The translations under genes were made by a program, and so were the position numbers. Shown here one piece after another: positions 10,783 to 21,714 of a DNA stretch of 64,000 bases (positions within the stretch are counted from its first letter, which is position 1; each line of letters opens with the position of its first letter). Origin of the DNA: Takakia lepidozioides (Eukaryota > Plantae > Bryophyta); contig CM060731.1 in NCBI GenBank assembly GCA_030704615.1, positions 13,020,001 to 13,084,000 of the forward strand, given 5' to 3'. The notes below the pieces were generated by a model. It was not told where the DNA came from, made no database searches, and saw only the letters and a list, made by a program, of their open reading frames with translations.

Positions 10783-13215
10783 TTATCCTGGAGTCAAAAC
10801 CTTGCCATCCATTGATCCATCCTTGTTTGCTGTCCTCTTCCGGCGTACTCGTCGTCTAACCTTTACTTTCTGGGTTGGCAATCTGTCTGCTATTTCCACT
10901 GCCTTCTGGTGCACAAATCCATGCAGCAATCCCATGTTAAGTCAACCCATCAAGAAGTAACTTTCAACGTAAGGAACCACTTGTTTCAATTGGAAACAAA
11001 GCTGCACCCATTGATCATGATTTAGCCGACAAAATGTGAAGAGGGTTAACCATCTTACATGCTTGTCAGTGCTTCCAGACTGCTGCACTTCTTTCTGTTT
11101 CTTTTTGCAAGATAGTGGATTTGGGCCCTGCCATGCACAAACATTGAAGTCAGATATGACCTGTCACAGCCATCTTCGCAGGCAACTCCAATGTCACAAC
11201 TGCATTTTAGACCAATGCTAGAGTAGAGTTCAATGTTGCACCTCGGATGCCACTGCTTGGGAGGGCAGTACCTGCACAACCTAGAGGTAAATTCCATGGA
11301 AACTATTTTATAGAGTGCTATGGCATCCATGTACAAGACTCGTACACCACAAATCAGAAAAAACCCCACTTTGGGAAATTTTCTGCTTACAAATCGTTGT
11401 GCCTACGACTGACATCCATGGATAACTGAGCAATAGAAACCTGAACAAAAATATGTACTTCAAACCAGGCAAAACTTACTTTCACACGTTTTCTTTTAAA
11501 GGTTGGTCTATCCTTCACCCCCAAACTTCTCGAATGTAGTTCTGGAGGAACTGTATGCATTGAAGATGTCGGCAGAGAGTCTGCAGGATCTGGTATGGCA
11601 TCTTCCAGCCCCACAGTGTCACACGGAGATTGCATGTGTTCATCCACATTCTTCTTTTTCCGCTTGCCTTCTTGACCTTCCATGAGATGCTGCTCTCTCT
11701 CTGTCACATGTATGCGTTCACTTTCACTCAAACGTGCATATTCCTGCTGCTTTGGTGAGGGTGGCTCGAGAACCAACCATGTATTCCGTGAGTATATGAG
11801 AGCTCCACCATGCACCTGCAAAGAGTCCTGGATGGAGGTGAGCTAACTTGCATAACTGCATATAGACAACTAAAGCACCTGAGTAACTTCACATGACATG
11901 ATTTCTGACATGATGGCAGCAATTCAGTAGTTAATCCACTCTGAATCACTAGCTGTGCACAAGCCTTCTGGAACAAGCTCCCACCATAGTGCGTCAAACC
12001 CCACGCAGAAGGTTTAGTATTGCACAGGGACTGTGGTATGCTTGAGCAGCTAATTTAGACCTGCTGCGCAATAGTTCCACCCCTCTCAGTTCCTTGAATG
12101 ATAAGTCAGAAGACAACTTATCACAAAAAGGCCACAATCATGGTGACAGACGCATAATATCCCGAGGTCTGCATGGCCATCATCGGCCTTTCAGATCACA
12201 TTGAATTCAGTAACATGTCGCCCATGAACTTGAGGATGCAAAGTCTTCTAACATAATAACAAAACCAGTTGACAAAGTAGAGGTGTCAACAACTGCAATT
12301 CCTAGTGGTTACAGCACAACTAAGGTTTACCAGACAGCAACTTGACAGGGCACAACAGTGGAACCATTTGAAAGCAACAGCTTTGTCTGAACTATCTAGA
12401 GGACCAACATATGTGTCTGGGTAAGAGAATTTCAAGTTAACTTTAAGAAAAACGTAATGTGGAGACCTTGGATCTCTGGGTATCCTAAGAATATTTGTTA
12501 AAGGAAAGTTCTAATATTGGGAACACCGACCTTGCGAAGCTGCTTGCGGAGCTCAATGTCCTGAGTCGCAACAAAAAAATGTTCTGCGTTGTTGCTACCC
12601 ACCATGGCTGCCAAGCAGTCTGCTGCCGCCATAGGTGGCTCATGTTGACATCTGTAGCACAACCAACATTTGTTACCTGTCATCTTTTGCTAGCTGGCTG
12701 TATATCCTTCTTAAACATGCAACACATCTGATTTACTACCAGTGTTTCCTTCGAGATCTGTCCTCAACCCTACTGCTTCACAGCACAGTTTTGTGGCAAG
12801 TAGTTGGGTTAGAGGCATACTTGGCCAGGTCAAGGCGTCGCGCGGCCAGCACTGTTCCGGAATACGCCTCCCCGAGCTTTTTCAGCTCTGTGGTCACACA
12901 CCTGCCAGTCAGCTGCAGTCAGTTATTAGGATATGCGCAAGATGAAGTTGGACCTCAGGTCACATTTTCGTGAGGAAAGGGGAAGGAGACCAACATAGAG
13001 GAGCAAAGAGAATGAGAATATTACCGGGTGACAAAGGGCTTGGCAGCAGCTCCAAGAAGAGCGGGTAGACTGTCTTGCAAAGAGCCGAGGTGCTGTGTGA
13101 GATTGTAGTGAATGAAAGTGCCATCGCAGAGAACTTTATAAGGCTCCCGGAATCCAAAGCAGGTTTTGTAAAACCGCACGTTCCTCCTCACCTGTTTCTG
13201 CTTCTTCAACCTCAT
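10783..13215 (-). CDS. UTP23: rRNA-processing protein UTP23 (PIN/Fcf1 family), ~6 exons
   Basis: MRLKKQKQVRRNVRFYKTCFGFREPYKVLCDGTF; FFVATQDIELRKQLRK; C-terminal KRKRVK|GPNPLSCKKK motif. Exons ~13215-13025, 12901-12821, 12651-12531, 11814-11481, 11127-11059, 10906-10783. Confidence 0.92.
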
Positions 13216-13251
13216 CTCTCCAGTCAAACAACCCCCTCACACTTCCTCTCC

Positions 13252-13484
13252 GAACCCTAGTTTCACTACCCACACCTTAGTTTAGGGTTTAGGGTTTTCT
13301 TCCTTTTCTCCTTTTTCTGAGTGCCCACCTAAGTAGCCAGTGACAACTTAGTTCAAAGGAGGCTGTTTTTCGAATTTCTTTTGTTTGGGAAAAATAACCA
13401 CCAAGGCCTTGAAAACTTTGGGAAAAAAGAAAAAAAAGAAAAGGAAGAACCTTTAGCGCAACCCTAAACCCTAAACCCTAAACC
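13252..13484. promoter_or_regulatory. Bidirectional promoter with telo-boxes
   Basis: TTTAGGGTTTAGGG at 13281-13294 and AACCCTAAACCCTAAACCCTAAACC at 13460-13484 lie between divergent ATGs at 13215 and 13713. Confidence 0.75.
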
Positions 13485-13712
13485 TCTGGTCTCTCGGCAA
13501 AGCAACGGCCTCCAGTTGATGGGAAGAAAGCAGGACGCAGAGGAGGGAGGGAGAGACAGAGAGTGCATGGGTGCATGGGTCTGTGTGTTACCGATCCCTT
13601 GGGTGAGTTTGATGCAATGGCTTTGGATGTCCCAGAAGAGGTGTGCTCCGTGAACAAGGTGGAGGTGAACAGAAATGAGAGAGTGAGAGTAATTTGTGGA
13701 CAGTAGAGGGCA

Positions 13713-16700
13713 ATGGCGATGGCGAGGGGAGGTGCGAGCCTGGTGGAGCGTGAACCGGCGTTCTCAGCTGATGGAAAAAGGCTTCTTGCTTGCAGTTCCT
13801 GCTCTGTCTCTGTCTACAGCGTAGCCACGGGCTTGCTTATAACTCAACTTCATGGCCACACGGCCACGGTCACCGGAATAGCGGTGGTGCCGATAGCTAC
13901 ACTTAGCCATGCCTGGACCTCCTCGTTGGATGGAACGATTCGCATGTGGGATTACAGCACCGGATCACTTCTCAGAACTGTGAATGTTCGACGACCAATA
14001 TTTTCGATGGCCGTCCCGGGTTTATGTAAGCGTGTGGAGGCGGCAGGCGACACGGATTCCAAGCTCAGAATTCTGGTTGCATTTCTATCTGTGCGATGGA
14101 GTGAGGAGGTCAGTAGGCTTCCAGTTCGTTGACTGAGTGGTTGATTGCCACGAATTTTCTTATGCGGAGGTTTGAAGAGAGAGAAAGAGACTGTATCCCC
14201 CTTACCTTACGCAGGTGCGTCACATTTTGTTGTGGTTTCTCAGAGTGAAACTGATGACATATTTGCAGCAGGAGCCACAGGAGAAATGGGAGGGCCGGAT
14301 CATTTGCCATAACTTGACCACGGGGAAGCCTTTCTCTGGCCAATTGGCGAAGGTGCAGTCTCCGCGAGGCCTCAGGGTGAGCCCGTCCGGTGGTCTGGTG
14401 GGTATGCTGGACGGCCGCAAAATATGGGTATGGAGGATGCCGGCTGGGTCTTTCGAGGGTGTATCTTCGGTGAAAACCACCGTTTTGCATCATACAAAAA
14501 CTTTATCCGTTGCTGCATTTGATGTAACGGAGACGAGGGTATCGGGAGGGGACGAGACTGGCCGTATTCTTATCTGGGAAAACGTGGGTGAACGAAAATT
14601 TGTAGCTGTTGGGGAGAAGGAGAAGGGGGAAGGCATCAAGAAGGGAAGTACAGCACAAAAGAGCCTGACGGACGTACGGGAGGAGGCTGCGGGAGTTAGA
14701 GGAGGTGATAATGCGGGAGCCCTGACCACTTACCACTGGCACTCACATGAGGTGAAGTTTTTGGTCTTTTCCAGTGATGGATCCTACCTTCTCTCTGGTG
14801 GGTTGGAAGGAGTGTTGGTTATCTGGCAGCTCGAATCTGGCAAACGGCAGTTCCTCCCTCGGTTGGGGGCTCCTGTTGTCCACATTGCAGTCTCTCCTGA
14901 CCCGGCACTCTTCGCCATCTCTTGTATGGACAATGCAATCAAGTTTGTGAACATTGGGACACTAAGCATTGAGAGGAGTATCCAAGGCATCAAACCCCCT
15001 TTCCCATCACCAAAAGAGCTCAAACTCAATCTTTCAAGGGTAACTGTTGAACCTCAAGAAGGGAAATTGGTGCTACCTACTCATAATCTTTCTCTACAGT
15101 TCTATGATGCTGCCAACGACCAGCATGTAAGTGAGGTACAAGTTGCCGTACGAAACTATCTTCCTGGTTGGGGTAATAAGAAGGGGCCAGAGGGGCCATC
15201 TACATTTGTGACACATGTTGCATTCTCAGCGGATGGATCAGGCATGGCAACTGTTGATATAGGGCTCCGAGAGCAGGGATTGGGTGGGGTGGCATGCCTC
15301 AAATTCTGGGATCGACAATCTGGAAAGCTGCAGTATGCTCTCAATACCCAGGTTGACGAACCTCACGGTGAGTTTATCTGAAGTTAGATTTGCTACATGT
15401 CTACAGACATATTTGCTACTGAAGCCTTCGTGAAATCCTGCATTTGTTTGTTTGTGTACTGTGTATTTGTTGTTTTGTTTGTATCCATGCCTATCTTGTC
15501 CTTGCTTCTTTGTTTTTTCTCTTTTCTCTATTATCTTCTCAGTTTTTCTTTTCTTTGCTGTTTATTTCTGGTTTTCTTTTCTGAAATATCTCTAACTGTA
15601 GATCGGATCTTCTCAGTACTTCTTTTTTGGCTACCTGTAATTGTAAGTATGTAGATGTCTGCATACTTATGAGGATACTTGTGTACTGTATGTCTGTTAT
15701 CAAATACTGAGCACCTATGTTTGACATTGTGTAGAGATTGCATCCCTGGTGTTTCATCCAAGGGAGCTCATGGCGGTAAGCTGCTCTCATACGGATTTCA
15801 AAGTATGGGTGCCAAGTGGCAACAATAAGTCCCTCAGAAAGAGCTGGAGATGCCGCTCAGTAGGATCTTATAGGCAAAGGAAAATACTGGCTGCAGTATT
15901 CTCCTGGGATGGAACGGTTTTGGCGGTGGCAGCCGCTGAACTGTTGACACTGTGGAATCCTTTCACCAACGGACTTGTTCGGGTGCTTGCGAATCCAAAT
16001 CTTTCCTTGCAACACATCACTCTTTTGGCATTTGTGAACCATTCAAACTGCCTAGTTGCAGCTTCATCAGGAGAGAAGCCACAACTGACGGTCTGGGATT
16101 TATCTACACTTTCAGTTCTGTGGAACTATTCTTTTCAAGTGGAAGCAATAGCAGTGGACCCAGCTAAAGCCAATTTTGCGGTCTTGGGAGTCTTTCCCTC
16201 GACCACGACAAGTAAAGGTGAGTCTCAGTGTCATTGCACGAGTGAAGGTGGTTCTTTATCCAGGTTTTGTATGCCTGGAATTTAATGCCCACTTGTTTGA
16301 TGGGAATGCAGATAGTGACAGTAAGAACGCAGTGGTGGTGTTGTTTGCGGCTGATAAACCATCCCCAATCAGCTACTGGAGCGTTAGGGATGGCATAGGG
16401 GGAACCCTCCTTTTCTTTCCCCAGGACTTGCTCCAGGCAGACAAATCACAAACCAGGGACTTGAAGAGCGCCATGAGTAATCTCGCTGTAATAACCAAGG
16501 GGCGCGAGTTTGCTTTGTTCAATCCGTACAATGAGCATGAAGAAGAGGCAGTTCTGGACAAGGGTTCACAGTTACTGGATACAAATATGACCTCAGCATT
16601 TACGGCCATGTACGGCAAAGCTTCAACAAAGAAGAAGAAGAACAATGATGGGTCTGTGGTTCTGTCAGGAATCAAAGGCAAGGCCCCTTGGGGAGATTTG

Positions 16701-16793
16701 CTGGCAGGCCCATCACATTTACTTCCGCCTCTAACAAAAATGTGCATCCCTTTTATGGAATCGCTACTAAGAAAGCAAACAGATCAATTGTGA
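13713..16793 (+). CDS. WDR75: WD repeat protein 75 / UTP17 (NAN1), t-UTP subcomplex; 4 exons
   Basis: MARGGASLVEREPAFSADGKRLL...GHTATVT; TTYHWHSHEV...LLSGGLEGVLVIWQLESGKRQFLPRLGAP; C-terminal GPSHLLPPLTKMCIPFMESLL. Exons 13713-14108, ~14268-15367, 15735-16217, 16312-16793. Confidence 0.92.
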
Positions 16794-17971
16794 TGTTTCT
16801 GTTTGGTATGTTCTTCAGCCACTCCTAGATCTCCATGTACATCACTCTGGAACCATCTCACAGGCTTTAAGCTGTACTTTTGACCGGCAAAACTGATTGC
16901 ACATGTTTGTGCTTAAAACTGTGACAAGAAGTTCTTGTACTTCAAGTCTTGGGTGTAGATTCTTGGCTCAAATCTCTGGAAGGAGGTTCTAAGAAAATCA
17001 ACCTCTGACTTTCAGAAGTGCACGTGTAAGAGCAATTGCTACCAGCTTTGTCAAACTTAATTGGATACTATGTTGTAGTTCATAGATGCAGCTCCTACCT
17101 TGTGATGGGAATCTCCTAGGATGTGCACCTTACATGTTGACCATGATGACCAAGTTGCACTGGAGATCTCCCTCTAGAGGTTGAGAAGAGCAGCCTGCAT
17201 CCTGGCTCTCCCTCTCCAGTAGTGTAAGTCAAAATGCACGGAAGAATGCATTTCAGTCCAGGTTTCCCCTGTTATGCAAAGTTGATGTGAGATTGCACAT
17301 AATTATGGGCCTGGCACAAACCATTCAATGCCTTTTGGACACTGCTCCCCCTGTGTCACATCAAAGTTGAATGGTGCCAGGGGGAACAGACTTATCTGCA
17401 TACATGGCAGAATGTTGACAGTAGTTAGAGAGAGATGGGGAGACGAACCAACTGTAAACAGTACTAGAAGAGCAATTTCATTACCCCTGATGCAAAAGCA
17501 TTTGGCTACATGCATTTGGTCTTCTGCTTCCAACCTGTCATGAACAAGCACTTGACTATGCAAACCTTAGATTGGTAGGTCTAGTACACCCTCACGTTGA
17601 CATTGAGCATGCCACCTTGTAAGCCGCTCCAAACTGGGCTCTGAGGAGGTGATGCAAATGCAGCTGCTGTTGTGAAACATATATGTGATTTCTGGAATGG
17701 CACATCAACACTGATATGCAAATGCAAAGACCCAATGACCAACACTGACTGAAGAATGGAGATAGTATTGCCGAGTGATCTAAAGCTATGGTATAAGTGG
17801 GTGGCAGGTCTAAGCACTCTTCCTCCAGATTTCCAAGCCATTGGTAGGTTGAGTAATCTGAAGTTCTGCTTGAGAGTGACTGCATGTGCATGGTACTGCT
17901 ACCAAAAGATGCATCAAACTCTCAAGATAGAATTTGCAAAAGAAACAGGTCAAGTGATGAAGTGTTAGCGA

Positions 17972-18148
17972 CTATCTGACTCGCAAGGGGCCATGGCCGG
18001 ATAGATAGCGCTCCTTCTCTTTGTAGCGGATTAAAGGTGATTCTGTCTGAACCTCTTCATCATGGGTGTATGGCCTTGGTGCAGGCTGGTGCACTATAAT
18101 GGGTCCAGCTCTCTCCTCTTTTGGCTCTGGTTTGGGCTCCTGCACCAT
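17972..18148 (-). CDS. Candidate 58-aa small protein, or last exon of a small gene
   Basis: MVQEPKPEPKEERAGPIIVHQPAPRPYTHDEEVQTESPLIRYKEKERYLSGHGPLRVR*, with a CACAG acceptor 12 nt before the ATG. Composition is protein-like; no family recognised. Confidence 0.5.
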   Translation of the reverse strand: MVQEPKPEPKEERAGPIIVHQPAPRPYTHDEEVQTESPLIRYKEKERYLSGHGPLRVR

Positions 18149-21100
18149 ATTTGCAAACACCTGTGCACACAGGCAGCGTCATCTCTCCCTTTCCCTGTTT
18201 CATGTGAGACTAATGAATTCTGGGGAATTCTTGCACCAATTCAGATCTCTTTCTCTCTCCCTCACTTACTGCTCTTGCAAGCTAAGTTTCTTAAGTAGCT
18301 GTGTCTATCTTCTCCCACTTTACTATTCTGCTCCCTGTTGCCCCACTCCCCCCACCTCCCTTTCTGCTCAGCCCAAGCCAGCCGTTCCATCTCCACTAGG
18401 CTATGCTGATTAAGTCTTATGGGTATATCAAAACCTCTAATTTTCTGTTGGACTCTGCTCAAGGACAGCTCACATCCACTGGGAATGGTCATTGAAATGT
18501 TTAATCTCTCCCTCTCTCTCTCCTCTCTTTCCCTCTGGTGATGGGGACGGGTGGGCAACACTTCATCACATCAGCTTTGACCAGTAGACCGGCAATGATG
18601 CACAATGAAGTACACCTCTCTCACTATACCTCACACACCCTCACATAGTTTCTCTCTTTGCAGACGTTGTATAGTTCGTCTCTGACACTTCCTTCACTCA
18701 ATCTAAACTGAGCACACAATCTACAGCTACAAGTATATGGCAAGCAAACTCTGAAAGTGAATGTCTTTACCGTACATTATAAAGTTTATCTGAATACTTC
18801 TTCCTTCCATTCTCCCCCTTCCCCCTTATATTTGCTTTAGCACCCCAGACCTTGTTAGCAGTCGAGTAAAAATGGCAAAAATTTTAAGCACTGCAGAAAG
18901 TCTGCATCTCAACATATCCATTCCTATATTACGTGTAAAGAAAATCAACTTTGAACAAGTTAATAGGCTTCTTGCTTAATAACAATCAAGACCGCAAGTT
19001 TTTCCATCACCACCAGATTTCTTGACTCAGTTCTTCAACTGCCATAGCTGGGCCTTTGGTCACTGGATCTGTACCTAAAGTAATTAGACTTAATCACCGT
19101 CGGAAAGAAACATTCATTTTGCCCAAGTTAATTAAGGTTAACTTTCAAACCTTCACAACCTAATTCACAAAAAATTGGTTAATCACAAAGACCAGTGTCT
19201 TAGCCACCCCTGCTAACGTTCTTCGTGTCAAGGTCAGATCATTCTGTGTAGTCAGTACACGAACACATTATTCCTTTTACAGTTTCCAGAAGAATCGATG
19301 GTCAGAATTTAATCCCAGAACTGAAGAGATAAAAACTGCTGAGAATCCATGCCTCAACAAATGGCTTAGCATCAAAATAGGCATCACTCAAGATTGAGAG
19401 TCCATACTCTTGTTCTCTCAAATAATATCTCTCTGACAAGAAGTTAGAGGAAGAGACCACCCCACAAAATGTGCATTCACTAACGGGTTAAACCCGTCAC
19501 AAACATGACGGGTCTACCGTGTCAGATTAGTGGGTGGCCCGGTCAAAGCCGGACCACTTTTGGTGGATTCAGAGCCAGGGGGTGAGAGAATCGACGATTC
19601 CCTGCCCTGAGGGAACCCACCTCCTGCCTGCGGGCAAGGAAAAAGAGAAAAGAATAAGGCAGTTGGGCTGATTGAGATAGCACAAAGAACTTCAATGCAT
19701 GCCGTACTCAGAAATGAAAGGCTGTTAAAACGGCATTGGAGGGCCAAGTTGTCATATTCTGAGGAATTTACTTCATCAATGCAAGCATCTGGCACTTACT
19801 GTGATAGGAAACTTGCAATGCAATAGAATTGAGATTTAAGTTGAGACCGATGACCTCAACACCAGGGAGACTGAGTTGAGATTCTCAAGTTCAGGCCGTA
19901 AATTGAGACATGAGGATCCCAACAAGGCAAGGAAAACAAATAAATTGAGGTCTTTACATGAGACAAAGAACCTCAACAAGGAATGGTGCTTACTAGTCTG
20001 CTGAGTTCCCGCAACACAACTTGAGGCAAATGTTGCCCGACTTGATGTACTAATCGAGTCAACTGAGGCCCCATCGCGCCCGCTGTACTGAAGGTAATGA
20101 CCTACAGAGCCTCATAGTGAGGGCCCCATTTATCCACCAATTCAATATCAGTATCCTTGTCTCTAGGGGCGGTTTCATGGATTCAATTGTAAGTGGCAGA
20201 TGTACAACTCACCATGAAGTGTATTGAAGGCCAGCTTAATTAGCTTCTACCTGGGATTGTTATTTCAACCATTGCCTCAGAATATACTATATTCTTTTTT
20301 ACTTCAACCTACTTTCCTTCCAAAAAACAGATGATTTTCCTTCTCTATACTGTGTGATTAATACTGCCCCCTTCAGCAGACTTTAGGATCAGCTAGACTT
20401 AGGAAGTGGCAGCAGGTTTACCTCAGTGGGTGCTCCTACTGAGCTCCCCAGTTTCAAATGAGTGAACTCAACAGATGTGTTGGGTTGGCTGGCTGCATAA
20501 TCTGTGCTCCTAGGTGCTGTCTTTTCTGGCGTCGCTTGCATCTTCCCATATTTATCAATCACTTTCTGTGCAAGGGACAAAACCCAGGTTGAGGTGCTAA
20601 TCTTCCAAAATACGAGAAGACAATTTATGGACAACTGGATCATTGTCCCATCTATTAAGTAAAAATTTCAGATTCTGACTACGGGTAGGGGTCTATGTGT
20701 GTATGGAGCAGATGGCAAGACTTCCTGTATTTGGAAGAAGGATGCCAATGGCTGGACCCAGCATAACTTAGAGTCCTCTCTTATGAACATGGGCACCACT
20801 TACAGTGACTTCGGCATTTTCCTTGCCCCATGTAGTGCAGGACAGGCCTATGGCAATTCAAACCTCCTTCACCTACTGATGATGGCTGACTGTAGGATAT
20901 GGCAGATGGCAAATACTTCTGCTGAAAGGCCTCTTCAAATGACATCAATGTTGAAGCATACCTGCATGCTAGCCTCAGCATACTCCAAGTCACGCCGCTT
21001 TTTATCAATGTCAGTTTCCAACTCCCGGAGGAGTTCTGAGGGTGATCTCTTCCTCATGTGCATTTGCTTTGTCTCTGTCAATTCCAAACATGGTCAGCAA

Positions 21101-21714
21101 CCAGGACTTTTCAAGTTCAGAGCAAGGTTAAAACCCATGAAGTGCATCAGTGCACAACTGTAGTCAGTGAGATACAGCTGGGCATGGCAGGGCCAATGAT
21201 GAACATTTTGGTCAATTGTGTCTAGTACAGGAAATACGACAATTATCATCTCCCCATGTCATTCATACAGGAATCTGACACATTGTTTTAGTATGTATCA
21301 TTGGTCCACAACTGACAGTTTTTGTGTCTGGTTTTTAGAGCTAACATGATCTTGTTCTTTGACCTTGATTTATTGCCAACCAGAAATAGCTCTGAGAATC
21401 TGGTTTTGGATTTGCATTGTAACTGCGCAAGTGGAGCAGTAATAATGTGGACTCTTGCTGAAGCAAGCGTAACACCAGATCCCGAAGGGCTACTGCCTTC
21501 TCGATGGGACGGTGGACACTCAAGTGGAGAGCATTATAACCTTTGAATGTATAACTTTCACTGTTGGCCACCCATGTAATGGCCAAGCTCTGTGGCATAT
21601 GCAAGATCTGAGAAGTGTAAGTGCAGTGACAGGAAAAACCAGCTTGGCCAAATGTTGCTGCACTCTGGCTTGCGGGTCACTAGAAGCTTGAAAACATCTC
21701 CACAAGTATGACAC

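Noticed and set aside
13460-13484. Interstitial telomere or chromosome-fusion scar
   Set aside because: Only 2-3 units, located in the promoter of ribosome-biogenesis genes, so better explained as telo-boxes.
20389-21700. Short ORFs including a CHTC motif suggestive of a RING or zinc finger
   Set aside because: Frames are interrupted by many stops and no complete ligand pattern or family is recognisable.
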